From a virus (Duplodnaviria; Caudoviricetes): a stretch of 38,287 nt of DNA. The number at the start of each line of letters is the position of its first letter. Position 1 is the stretch's first letter. The position numbers were made by a program, and so were the translations under genes. The stretch is taken from positions 1 through 38,287 of IMG/VR virus record IMGVR_UViG_3300027861_000078; one strand, written 5' to 3'. The notes under the pieces are model-generated. The model did no database searches, had not been told where the DNA came from, and saw only the letters and a program-made list of their open reading frames with translations. This document shows positions 16,327 through 26,692 of the stretch, piece by piece.

Positions 16327-17634
16327 ATGGGATTACTAGATAGCACTACACAGCAAGATTATTACCAAGGAAACGATCACGGAAACTATCAATTTACCTC
16401 TCTAAACGATGTAATAAATCAATTTATTATCGCCTATGTCGGTGAGGATAAAATAATATCTAAAGTTAAAAGAGTAGATGTTGCATTCCACGCACAAAGA
16501 GCATTACAAGAGTTATCATTCGATACTTTTAAATCCACAAAAGCACAAGAGATAACGCTTCCGCCTTCACTACAAATGATACTTCCGCAAGATTACGTTA
16601 ACTACACTAAAATTAGCTGGGTGGATTCCGCTGGAATAAAACACTTATTATATCCTGCGAGTAAAACTTCAAATCCTTCTTCCGTGGTGCAAGACACTGT
16701 TGCTCAGGGTAGTCTAGGTATTTACTCTCCTCTTGTTAGTGGTTTTAATGATTCACTTGTTTTGGATGACACAGATATTACAACTGACTTATATATTACC
16801 ATTGACTCGACTAACAATCAAGCGGTTTTTACAGCGGCGCCTCAATGGCATAAATTGAATTGGAACAATGTAACTCCCGCGCCTGAGGTTGGTAAAACTT
16901 ATACTTTGACCTATACTATAAGTGATGTGCCTTACACAGATCCAGCTCTAACAACTACTGTACCAGCAATAAGACCTGTTTTACACGACGGGTTTGGAAA
17001 TCGTGTTCAATTTCAAAATCAATCCCAAAACGGAACGTACACTGAGACGCTTACTATGCTTGAGACATCTTCAACTGTGTATGCTAATAGGTTTTGGTTT
17101 CAAACTCAAACAACAACGGCTTTTACGGGTAATATATCAAACATAGTTCTAGTTGAATCAACAGATATACCGTTAAACTCAGAATCTACAACTTGGTCAA
17201 GTTACAAATCTGGAACACCATCAGAAAATCAAGATGATTATCAAGATGATACTTATTGGCCAATGGATGGATCAAGATATGGATTAGATCCACAACATGC
17301 TCAAGCTAACGGATCGTTTTATATAGACGATCTATCAGGAAAAATACATTTTTCATCTAATATTAGTGGAAAAACTGTGATCTTAGATTACATAAGTGAT
17401 AGTCTTGGAACGGATGGAGAGATGCAGGTTCATAAATTTGCTGAAGAAGCCATGTACAAATGGATAGCCCATGCTATATTGTCTACTAGAGCTAACGTTC
17501 AAGAGTATATAATTAACAGGTTTAAGAAAGAAAGGTTTGCAGCTGTTAGAACTGCAAAATTAAGATTGTCTAATCTTAAGCTAGAAGAGCTTACTCAAAT
17601 TTTAAGAGGTAAATCAAAACAAATAAAACACTAG
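16327..17634 (+). CDS. Second ring/adaptor protein with an inserted beta-sandwich domain
   Basis: 435 aa. LPQDYVNYTKISW and KTVILDYISD..VHKFAEEAMY adaptor-like motifs flank a ~165-aa T/N-rich insert. Confidence 0.6.
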   Translation: MGLLDSTTQQDYYQGNDHGNYQFTSLNDVINQFIIAYVGEDKIISKVKRVDVAFHAQRALQELSFDTFKSTKAQEITLPPSLQMILPQDYVNYTKISWVDSAGIKHLLYPASKTSNPSSVVQDTVAQGSLGIYSPLVSGFNDSLVLDDTDITTDLYITIDSTNNQAVFTAAPQWHKLNWNNVTPAPEVGKTYTLTYTISDVPYTDPALTTTVPAIRPVLHDGFGNRVQFQNQSQNGTYTETLTMLETSSTVYANRFWFQTQTTTAFTGNISNIVLVESTDIPLNSESTTWSSYKSGTPSENQDDYQDDTYWPMDGSRYGLDPQHAQANGSFYIDDLSGKIHFSSNISGKTVILDYISDSLGTDGEMQVHKFAEEAMYKWIAHAILSTRANVQEYIINRFKKERFAAVRTAKLRLSNLKLEELTQILRGKSKQIKH

Positions 17635-17637
17635 TAC

Positions 17638-20600
17638 ATGCCAGAGATTAAAAATCAGTTTACCGGTGGCAAAATGAATAAAGATCTTGATGAAAGACTT
17701 ATTCCCAAAGGTGAATATAGAGATGCAATGAACATACAGGTGTCAACTTCAGAGGGGTCGAGTGTTGGGACTGTTCAGAATATACTTGGTAATACGTTGG
17801 GTTGTACGGACTACGTTTTAGATCCAAGTAGTAATCCAATACCTAGTGGTTCTTTTACTGTTGGGTCTATTTCCGATGAAAAAGACGACTCTTTATATTG
17901 GTTGATATCTGGAGAGAGTTACTCAGCAGATAATATGGTGGGTAACAACGATTGGGATGGTGGTGTTGTGACCATGAAAGATCTTATATTAAAAAAAGGA
18001 CCTAATAAATGTGAACCTGTTTTTGTTGATAAGTTTGCGTTTTCACAACCCTACGTTGGGTCCATAAACAGTGATACCCTAAGCGGTATAGACTTAAGTA
18101 TAATAAATCAAATTCAACCTGGCTGGACAGTTACCGGTGTTGCCGACAATGGCGATGCATCTAACACGTCTACAATAGTTAGTTTAGGTGATATTCAGAG
18201 CAACTACATACCTGTTGAATTTGAATCCACGGTAGTAACAACACCAATCAACATCAATAGTTATGTTGGAAACAGCCCGCACGCCGTGGCTAGTGGGATT
18301 TTAATACCGATGTATACTGATAAGTCTGGCTCCACGTACTTCCAAGACAACTCCAACGTAGTATATATGATTGGATTTAATGGGACCCCATCTACATTAG
18401 TTGGTGATACTATAGATATCCTTCCTTACCACACTACTCCTCAAACTTTCACAATATCAAATGCAATAACCGTTGTGATGACGTTTCCAGGTGGATATGT
18501 ACTCAATGTTATCAAAGTAACATTAGATAGTAATCTAACAAGCTTCACGGGTCCACCTATAGACCAACCATCTCCAGCTGGAGCGGGTGCATCGGTACCA
18601 CACTCAGCGACTGCTAATGGTAGTGTTATAGACGCTATTATTACAAGCCAAGACATATTAAACCTTAATATAGCTACTGGAGAGCTCACTATTGACATTA
18701 ACTATTTTAATGTTAGTGCTATAGCTGTGGATGATACGGTTTACAAAGACAACACTGCTTATTGCGTTGAAAGTAAGGATACAATAAACAATTCCATAAC
18801 TCTAAAAGATTGTAATACCGGCGCTATTCATGATGGCTGGCAGGTTGGTGGTTCCATTTATGACGTTCTGCAACCTATTGGTGGGGCGATTATAATACAG
18901 AGCCAAATTCAAGTGCAACTTGACACAAATATAGACCTTTCAAACGCAACATACACATCGCTTTTATATAGAGGCCCTAGAACTTTAAACTTCGACCACA
19001 ACAATTACATCACTGGAATAAACATCATCGACGACATGTTGTTTTGGACAGATGGCAAGACGGAACCTAAAAAAATAAACATACCAAGAAGTATACAGGG
19101 TAGTAAAATACCTGGTACAACACCAGGCTTTGAACACACTAGATTAATAAACGAGCCTCAAGGTATTTCTATATGGGATAACGTACCGGTTAGAGAAGAA
19201 CATATTACTGTTATTAGAAAAGCACCGTTGTCAGCTCCTTCCATAAATTTTGAAACAACAGCTAGAGAGAGTGTTGTTGGTGGTTTTAACGTTGTATTTA
19301 CTGAAAACTTTGCTAACTCTATTGTAGGTGAGACTATCAATATAACTGCATCTAATAACACCTACGGGTTCTTACCTGGTGATATTATACGCTTGTCCGA
19401 GGAACTTGTTTATTTTCCAAGTTTTGACTTGAGAGCTCAGGTTATAGAAATAGACAACTATACGTATACGGTTAAAGTATTGTCTATATCACCTAACGCT
19501 GATGTCGTTAATGTTAACAGTTGGTACGCGGAGCTAGAACCTATTGGTAGTTTTTTATTCGAAAGAAAACTGCCTAGATTTGCCTATAGATATAAGTATT
19601 TAGACAATGAATATTCTTCTTTTAGCCCTTTTACAAACGTAGCTTTTTATCCAGGAGACTTTAATTACGAGCCAGTAAAAGCCTACAACAAGGGTATGGC
19701 GAATACTATTGAATCTTTAGCAATTACGGGTTTTATTACTCCTGATATCCCAAAAGACGTTGCGAGCATAGACCTTCTTTACAAAAATGAAACTTCACCT
19801 ATAATATACTTGGTGGACACGGTGTCTAATAAAGACGAGCTTATTAATGGGAAAAACAGTTGGAATTCCACAGGTAATCACAACTTAGCAAATAGTAATA
19901 GTGGTTATTATAATATAACAAACGAAAACATAGCACAAGCACTGCCTAGCAACCAGTCTCTAAGATCTTGGGATAATGTACCTAAAAAAGCTTTAGCACA
20001 AGAGGTTAGTGGTAATAGAGTTATATACGGAAACTACGTTCAAGGTTACGATATAAAAAATGATAATGGTAAAAATATCACTCCTGATATTAACTTATCA
20101 GTAAGAAGTAACACAATCGATACGAGCGATAACAGCGCTAAGAAATCAATAAAGTCTTTGAGAAACTACGAGGTAGGGGTTGTTTGGGGGGACAAATATG
20201 GTAGGGAAACACCTGTTGTAGCGTCAAAATCAGGGTCTATTTTAGTTCCAAAAAACAAATCTAAAACTAGTAACCATTTAAATGTGTCGTTAAACTCTTC
20301 GCCTAGATGGTCTGATTACTATAGATTTTACGTAAAAGAAACTTCTAACGAATATTACAATTTAGCTGTAGACAGGGTATATGACGCTAGCGATGGTGGT
20401 ATATGGGTTTCTTTCCCATCAGTTGATAGAAATAAAATAGACGAAGATACATATATTATTTTAAAGAAAGGTGTAGATTCTGAGGGACTAGTTGATCAAG
20501 AGGCTAGGTATAAGGTTGTTGCTATAGAGAATGAGGCTCCAGAGTACATTAAAACTTCTTATGATTTAATTGTTAGGAGTAATCAAGATGACACACACTC

Positions 20601-23600
20601 AACACACTCTTGTAATTTTTGGGGAGGCTCAAACTACCCTGATCAAATGGACAGTGAACCCCCGGTTTTGGGTGCTGGATGTACTGCTTACCCGGGAAAC
20701 AGTAATTACGCAAACGAGAGTTTAAACCCACCTATCGTTGGTAGAAAAAGCTTTAGTATAAGTAATGGTAGGTGGGGTGGTGAATACAGCACCACTAACA
20801 AGTATATGGGTTTACCAAGCTTAATTACTCTTTTTAACGAGGTTACCAGTAATTCAGAGACTGTTAATAATGAAATGTATGTTAGCTTCACCAAAGAAAC
20901 AGAAAGCGGTGGTGTTACAAATATTCAATCAGGGGATAAATACCGCGTTATTGACGTGGTTCATGAGGGGATTGTTGGAACCAGCCCATACATTATACAT
21001 CTGGAAACGCCAATAGGTGTAAATGATGATTTTGTTGCTCAAGACTCTGGTCACTCTACTAACGGGGTCTCTTTGCAGGCTGACGGGATACATGTTATAT
21101 TTTGGCAGAAATCTGTCACTAATAAACCTGAGTTTGACGGTAGGTTTTTTGTTAAAATACTAAGTGACCAGGCTACGGAAAAACACCTATCAAGAGCTAA
21201 ATCTATATTTAATTCGTGGAGAACAACTGATCTCGACATATACAGACTGGAAGATGATAACCTTGCAAGCAACAGTGATAACGACTATAATTGGAGCTCT
21301 GCTGCAGTTCCAACAACTCCAGCTGTTACGTTCGATCCTGACGATAGTGACTATGGCTCGTTAAATCAAGCATGGGAATGGGAAGCTGCTTTGAAGTTTG
21401 GTGGGCCTACGTTGAAAGCCGCGTGGTTTATTGACAACGCTCCTTTTGCCGGTAGGTTTAGTAATAGCGGAGGCACTTATCAAACTGAGTTTAACAATGG
21501 AACTACAGATTATGATTCTTGTGATTTAGCTAGTACGTTGCCAGATTTTACTTATACCAATGACCAGGGGACGATTTATACCGTAGCCCAATTACAAAGC
21601 TACTTTTCCACATTTAACGTTGATGGAACTGCCCCGACTAATAGTTTAAATATTGGTACTGGAATAAGTTTAGGTAGGTTGGGTATGAAAGGTTTTCACA
21701 CTAAAAATGGTAGCAACTATATAGACTTGTCTTACTCAATATTAAGCCCTAACGCACCGTTGGAAGATGGTGGGACAACTTGGGATGTTGGTAATCCTAA
21801 TACAAATACTTCAACGGACGATCAAGAGCATATCGTTAGCAAGTTAACAGAGGGTACTAGATTTAAACTTAAGAACGGGAACGTTATATACAAAATACTA
21901 GGTGTAGAAAAATTTAGATTACTAAACTACATGGGGGTGCCATCTATACTTATGGGCCCAAACGCGCAGGGTGGTACAAATATAATGGAAGTGCCATTTA
22001 CAGAAACTGGTTATAATGGTGCTGGTGAAGAAATAGGTAGTAATAGTGGTTACTTTAGCAATGTTGAAAATCTAGCACAGATAGAGGAAATTAAAAAACC
22101 GCAAAACAAAAGAGCTACGTATAGAATTAGATATGAGATAGACATGTTATCTTCTCCAGTTGGCGTGTCATCTACCGTTACTCTAGCAGATGAAGAAGAC
22201 GCTGCCGGCAACGATGCTATCCTTGCTTCAACTGGCACTGTATTTAACACTATTCAATTTTTAGAAGAGGTTGAGTACGAAGGCGAAAACAAAATCAGTT
22301 CAAATCCAGCAATATTTGAAACAGAACCAAAAGAAGACGTTGGTTTAGACTTGTATTACGAGGCTAGTTCTAGCCTACCTGTTTTTCCGCTAACAAATAA
22401 AAATAAATTTTTATTCATACCAATAGGAACAACTATAGTACCCCCAACGGTTGGAGATTTTCCAGACGGTATATTTATAACTGGGTGGAGTGACATTACA
22501 CCTACCTCAGATCTTTATGTCAACTTGTCAACACCAATAACTCAAGTGCAGTACGCTATGCTAGCATTAAACAATGGGCGTGTTGAGTTTTTAAGGGACG
22601 ATGGTACGTATGTAACCGCTACAATAGCTGATGATGGTGATGTTACTTTTTACGGTATAGCACCAAATGGAACAACCAGCCAATTACAAATCACACCTAG
22701 TAATGAATTTGGATTAAGCTGGCACAATTGCTGGTCATTTAATAATGGTGTTGAATCCAATAGGATAGGTGATACTTATAACAAACCATACTTAAGTAAT
22801 GGAGTAACTCTATCTACCACGGCAAAAGATAGCCCTGGGCAAGAAATAAGAAATTATGGTTTAATATACTCCGGCATATACAACTCAAACAGTGGAGTAA
22901 ACAGTTTAAATCAATTTATTGCTGCTGAAAAAATAACTAAAGATATAAACCCAACTTACGGTAGTATTCAAAAGTTATACGCTGGTTGGGGGCAAGGTGG
23001 TGATTTAGTCGCACTATGCGAAGATAGAGTTTTAAAAATACTAGCCAATAAAGATGCTTTATACAATGCTGATGGCAATTCAAATGTAACTTCAACTAAC
23101 AACGTTTTAGGTCAAACTATCCCTTATTCTGGTGAGTATGGTATATCTAAAAATCCAGAATCGTTTGCATCGGAAGCTTATAGAGCTTACTTTACGGATA
23201 AAGTTAGAGGCACTGTTATGAGGCTGTCTATGGATGGGTTAACACCTATATCTGCTCACGGAATGAAAGACTGGTTTAGAGATAACTTAAAGTTGTCAAG
23301 CAAACTAGTTGGTAGTTATGATAGTAGAAAATCTGAATACAATTTAACGTTAAAAGGAGATACTATTGATGCAAAAATACCATTTCCAACAACAGTTTCT
23401 TTTAAAGAGGATGTAAAAGGTTGGGTTAGTTTTAAATCTTTTGTACCTGAAAATGCTATTAGTTGTGCCAACGAATATTACACGTTTAAAGATGGTAACA
23501 TATGGAAACATCACGACGAAGCCGTAGATCGAAATACATTTTATACGAACTTTAAGGAATCAAGTATTAATGTTATTTTAAACGAATCACCTGGAACTAT

Positions 23601-26289
23601 AAAAACTTTCCATACTCTAAATTACGAAGGAACACAATCTAAAGTAAATACTTTTACAGATTATAACACGTACACTCCTGGTACTAATGCTAATCCCACT
23701 AATATATATAATAATGAATATTACAATTTAGGACCTGATAAACCTGGTTGGAAAGTTCTGCATATTCAAACAGATCAAGAAGAAGGTTCATTAAATGAAT
23801 TTATTGAAAAAGAAGGAAAGTGGTTCAACTATATAAGAGGTAAGGCTGGTAGTGTAACAGATGGAGCTAATATTACTAGTGGTTTTAATAATGCTGATTT
23901 TTCTTTTCAAGGAATAGGAACGTTATCAGAAAATGCAACTTCAGTTAATACCGTTGGATGTATGAATGATTCTACATTTGTTGATGGTGGTGTTACTTAT
24001 AACACATACTCAAATTACGATTCAAACGCCGCTATTCCTGGTAGTTGTACGGCTACAGTTTTAGGGTGTACGGACCCGACGGCGGTACCAACAAGTGGAG
24101 ATGGTTATAACCCATTGGCTAACACGGATGATGGCTCATGTGTATATTATGGTTGTACAGATGCTAACGCAACAAATTACGATTCTAACGCAACGACTGG
24201 TTCTGCAAATTTCCCGTGTACTTACGATGTATATGGGTGTACGGATAGCTCTACTGATGCTAATGGTGTTTATAATATGCTTAATTTTGATATTTCAGCT
24301 ACCCAAGCATGTGATGGTATTAATGGGAATTTCCCTAACTTTTCCGTCCCAGTTGTTTGTGTTGGTGGTCAAGCAGGTAGTAATTGCTGTTGTGTAACAG
24401 CTGTTTATGGTTGCATGGATCCTTTGGCTGATAATTATAACTGCAATGGAAGTTGTGTTGCAAATGTTCAACAAGTATCATCTATTGACTTAAACAACCC
24501 TTGTTTTTACACTATTCCAGGTTGTACGGATGCTACGTCTTGCGAGTATAACGCGCTAGCTAATCAAGATGATGGTTCTTGTAATTGGTGTAATATTTCC
24601 ACGGCAAATAATTATGATGGACTAGGCCCAGGTGGTGATCCATACTCATGTGATAGTGGGTGTTTGTATTGCAAGCAGGTGAGTAATTTACAACAAATTT
24701 TTGGAGGTCCTAGTTATGATACAATTGATATATCCTGGGATGAAACGTGGAATGTTGCTGATGCAGCAGCGGTTGATCATTACGATATTAGACATAGTGT
24801 TGACGCGGGTGCTACTTGGATTACGATTACCAATGTACAACCACTTGTTATAGCTGGTACTGTATATCACGCGATAACTGGTTTGTCTTCATCAACTACT
24901 TATCTTATCGAAGTACAAGCTATTTGTTCCGCTGGTACCTCACCGTTAAACCCAACCTGGAATACATCTTCTATTTGGAGCGCACAAATTTCGGTTTCAA
25001 CACAATCTGCTCCTGTTTATGGTTGTACTGACCCTAACGCATGTAATCCCACTCCAGGTGCCACTGTAGATGATGGTTCTTGTGAATATATTACTTGTGC
25101 TGGTTGTACAGATCCATTGGCGTGTAACCAAACCACGGGCGCTACAATGGATGATGGTTCTTGTTTATACCCAGCCGCTAACGCGGATTGCTCGGGTGCT
25201 TGTTTAACTGGTTTTATTCTCGTTAATGGATCATGCGTCGCGGAAGTACTTGGTTGTATGGATGATTCATTAAATAATAGTGGGAGTCATGCCGCTACAA
25301 ATTATAATTCAAGTGCAAATGTTGATGATGGATCTTGTACTTATATTATGCCAACATTATATAATGCCGTACCACTAGGAATGCAAGCTCCACTTTTAGC
25401 TACGAATGGTTGGACTACTACTACTTTGTGGGGTGGGAATACTAGAGTGGTTTTTGCTGTTTGGGATGTTAGCTCATCACCAGCTATAGATAAAAACAAC
25501 CTTCAATTTGCGTACGAAAACTCTGCGGGTAGTAACGCTGGTGATATAACTAATTTTACAAGTCAAATAAGTTGGTGGTACAGTGTTAATGACGGTGCTA
25601 GTTGGAGTAGTGGAAACGGCTTTACTAACGGTGATAACATACAGTTAATACGATTCCGATTCAGTTCCCATTCCGGAGTAGTTGAGTTTTTACCATCAGC
25701 AACTAAAGCGGCATTATACCCGCCAACCGCTAGTAATGGCGCGCAACAACAAGCGGCAAAAATTGGGTTTACAAACACCAATATACCTACGCACACAACA
25801 AACGTGGAAACATATAACGTTATGTTAGGTTGTAATGATTCTAACGCGTGGGCTGGTTATAATGATGAAATTCCTTTCTTTGATAATACCCTTTGTGAAT
25901 TAGTTGGTGTGATTGACAACACTGTTGTGAGCCCCGCAGTTAGTACCGCGGCGTATGGTGCTTGGTATGTCACGCAAAGTATGCAATGGGATTATACAGC
26001 TAACACCCCTGGAGATGCTACTCCTGATAATTTCGAGATTGAAGCGGTATTTACTCAGGGTGACGGTCAAGGACCTAATGCAGCGGACGCACTAGCTGCC
26101 TACTCAACTAATACTAGTACCCACCCACCGTACACCGGTTCTAACCCAGAGGGTTCAATTCAGGACCCAACCCTAGTTTCTCAAACAGACCCTACTGGTA
26201 GATGGATGCGATTTAGAGTTAGAGCTGTTAAAACAGTGAATACTACACTGCAAACTGGTCCTTGGGTTGAAACTTGGTCTCAAGTATAA
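17638..26289 (+). CDS. Giant tail protein (stabilisation/nozzle-like) with Cys-rich repeats and FN3 domain
   Basis: 2883 aa. N-terminal FTGGKMNKDLDERLIPKGEYRDAMN is typical of podovirus nozzle proteins. Beta-propeller-like blocks (DDMLFWTDG..PKKINI; YRAYFTDKVRGTVMRLSMDGLTPIS). About ten GCxD..DDGSC-type repeats and an FN3 domain near the C-terminus. Confidence 0.75.
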   Translation: MPEIKNQFTGGKMNKDLDERLIPKGEYRDAMNIQVSTSEGSSVGTVQNILGNTLGCTDYVLDPSSNPIPSGSFTVGSISDEKDDSLYWLISGESYSADNMVGNNDWDGGVVTMKDLILKKGPNKCEPVFVDKFAFSQPYVGSINSDTLSGIDLSIINQIQPGWTVTGVADNGDASNTSTIVSLGDIQSNYIPVEFESTVVTTPININSYVGNSPHAVASGILIPMYTDKSGSTYFQDNSNVVYMIGFNGTPSTLVGDTIDILPYHTTPQTFTISNAITVVMTFPGGYVLNVIKVTLDSNLTSFTGPPIDQPSPAGAGASVPHSATANGSVIDAIITSQDILNLNIATGELTIDINYFNVSAIAVDDTVYKDNTAYCVESKDTINNSITLKDCNTGAIHDGWQVGGSIYDVLQPIGGAIIIQSQIQVQLDTNIDLSNATYTSLLYRGPRTLNFDHNNYITGINIIDDMLFWTDGKTEPKKINIPRSIQGSKIPGTTPGFEHTRLINEPQGISIWDNVPVREEHITVIRKAPLSAPSINFETTARESVVGGFNVVFTENFANSIVGETINITASNNTYGFLPGDIIRLSEELVYFPSFDLRAQVIEIDNYTYTVKVLSISPNADVVNVNSWYAELEPIGSFLFERKLPRFAYRYKYLDNEYSSFSPFTNVAFYPGDFNYEPVKAYNKGMANTIESLAITGFITPDIPKDVASIDLLYKNETSPIIYLVDTVSNKDELINGKNSWNSTGNHNLANSNSGYYNITNENIAQALPSNQSLRSWDNVPKKALAQEVSGNRVIYGNYVQGYDIKNDNGKNITPDINLSVRSNTIDTSDNSAKKSIKSLRNYEVGVVWGDKYGRETPVVASKSGSILVPKNKSKTSNHLNVSLNSSPRWSDYYRFYVKETSNEYYNLAVDRVYDASDGGIWVSFPSVDRNKIDEDTYIILKKGVDSEGLVDQEARYKVVAIENEAPEYIKTSYDLIVRSNQDDTHSTHSCNFWGGSNYPDQMDSEPPVLGAGCTAYPGNSNYANESLNPPIVGRKSFSISNGRWGGEYSTTNKYMGLPSLITLFNEVTSNSETVNNEMYVSFTKETESGGVTNIQSGDKYRVIDVVHEGIVGTSPYIIHLETPIGVNDDFVAQDSGHSTNGVSLQADGIHVIFWQKSVTNKPEFDGRFFVKILSDQATEKHLSRAKSIFNSWRTTDLDIYRLEDDNLASNSDNDYNWSSAAVPTTPAVTFDPDDSDYGSLNQAWEWEAALKFGGPTLKAAWFIDNAPFAGRFSNSGGTYQTEFNNGTTDYDSCDLASTLPDFTYTNDQGTIYTVAQLQSYFSTFNVDGTAPTNSLNIGTGISLGRLGMKGFHTKNGSNYIDLSYSILSPNAPLEDGGTTWDVGNPNTNTSTDDQEHIVSKLTEGTRFKLKNGNVIYKILGVEKFRLLNYMGVPSILMGPNAQGGTNIMEVPFTETGYNGAGEEIGSNSGYFSNVENLAQIEEIKKPQNKRATYRIRYEIDMLSSPVGVSSTVTLADEEDAAGNDAILASTGTVFNTIQFLEEVEYEGENKISSNPAIFETEPKEDVGLDLYYEASSSLPVFPLTNKNKFLFIPIGTTIVPPTVGDFPDGIFITGWSDITPTSDLYVNLSTPITQVQYAMLALNNGRVEFLRDDGTYVTATIADDGDVTFYGIAPNGTTSQLQITPSNEFGLSWHNCWSFNNGVESNRIGDTYNKPYLSNGVTLSTTAKDSPGQEIRNYGLIYSGIYNSNSGVNSLNQFIAAEKITKDINPTYGSIQKLYAGWGQGGDLVALCEDRVLKILANKDALYNADGNSNVTSTNNVLGQTIPYSGEYGISKNPESFASEAYRAYFTDKVRGTVMRLSMDGLTPISAHGMKDWFRDNLKLSSKLVGSYDSRKSEYNLTLKGDTIDAKIPFPTTVSFKEDVKGWVSFKSFVPENAISCANEYYTFKDGNIWKHHDEAVDRNTFYTNFKESSINVILNESPGTIKTFHTLNYEGTQSKVNTFTDYNTYTPGTNANPTNIYNNEYYNLGPDKPGWKVLHIQTDQEEGSLNEFIEKEGKWFNYIRGKAGSVTDGANITSGFNNADFSFQGIGTLSENATSVNTVGCMNDSTFVDGGVTYNTYSNYDSNAAIPGSCTATVLGCTDPTAVPTSGDGYNPLANTDDGSCVYYGCTDANATNYDSNATTGSANFPCTYDVYGCTDSSTDANGVYNMLNFDISATQACDGINGNFPNFSVPVVCVGGQAGSNCCCVTAVYGCMDPLADNYNCNGSCVANVQQVSSIDLNNPCFYTIPGCTDATSCEYNALANQDDGSCNWCNISTANNYDGLGPGGDPYSCDSGCLYCKQVSNLQQIFGGPSYDTIDISWDETWNVADAAAVDHYDIRHSVDAGATWITITNVQPLVIAGTVYHAITGLSSSTTYLIEVQAICSAGTSPLNPTWNTSSIWSAQISVSTQSAPVYGCTDPNACNPTPGATVDDGSCEYITCAGCTDPLACNQTTGATMDDGSCLYPAANADCSGACLTGFILVNGSCVAEVLGCMDDSLNNSGSHAATNYNSSANVDDGSCTYIMPTLYNAVPLGMQAPLLATNGWTTTTLWGGNTRVVFAVWDVSSSPAIDKNNLQFAYENSAGSNAGDITNFTSQISWWYSVNDGASWSSGNGFTNGDNIQLIRFRFSSHSGVVEFLPSATKAALYPPTASNGAQQQAAKIGFTNTNIPTHTTNVETYNVMLGCNDSNAWAGYNDEIPFFDNTLCELVGVIDNTVVSPAVSTAAYGAWYVTQSMQWDYTANTPGDATPDNFEIEAVFTQGDGQGPNAADALAAYSTNTSTHPPYTGSNPEGSIQDPTLVSQTDPTGRWMRFRVRAVKTVNTTLQTGPWVETWSQV
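23953..25896 (+). repeat. About ten Cys-rich GC[TMN]D...(DDGS)C protein repeats within the giant tail protein, interrupted by an FN3 domain (~24670-25008)
   Basis: Examples: VLGCTDPTA..ANTDDGSC, IPGCTDATSCEYNALANQDDGSC, VYGCTDPNACNPTPGATVDDGSC, CAGCTDPLACNQTTGATMDDGSC, VLGCMDD..ANVDDGSC. Confidence 0.9.
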
Positions 26290-26307
26290 TAATATAAAAC
26301 ATAACTT

Positions 26308-26682
26308 ATGCCATTAGCAACTTTAACATTTAGCGAACCTCTAAACTCTAGTCTTCAACTAGGAGATATAGTTTACTATTCTAGTACAAACTCAGCTCCA
26401 AATAGCAACATACCTAAAGCAACAACTGCTAGTATGGTAAAATTTGGCGTCGTGAATAATATAATAGTAGACCCTCCAAGCGTGAAGGTTATTTATGATG
26501 CCGCGATACCACTCCCATCTTTTTCTCCATCAAACCCTGATTATATAATGTTTGAAAAAGACAAACAAGTTAATTCATCTAGTTTAATAGGTTATTACGC
26601 GGATGTTAAGTTGGTTAATGATTCTAAAGAAGATGTTATGTTATTCTCGTTAGGATCAGAAGTTTCAGAAAGTAGTAAATAA
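26308..26682 (+). CDS. Small tail-associated structural protein
   Basis: 124 aa, beta-rich (LNSSLQLGDIVYY, SSLIGYYADVKLVN). Follows the giant tail gene. Confidence 0.6.
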   Translation: MPLATLTFSEPLNSSLQLGDIVYYSSTNSAPNSNIPKATTASMVKFGVVNNIIVDPPSVKVIYDAAIPLPSFSPSNPDYIMFEKDKQVNSSSLIGYYADVKLVNDSKEDVMLFSLGSEVSESSK

Positions 26683-26692
26683 ATAAATAGAT

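Noticed and set aside
24095-25031. Alternate-frame + strand ORFs (24095..24397, 24816..25031) inside the giant tail gene
   Set aside because: Non-ATG or leaderless starts and no slippery site noticed. Their composition reflects frame-shifted repeat codons.
23953-25344. CRISPR array or DGR template/variable repeats
   Set aside because: The repeats are degenerate at DNA level, in frame and conserved as peptide. There is no constant repeat-spacer period, no adenine-specific mismatch pair and no reverse transcriptase in the window.
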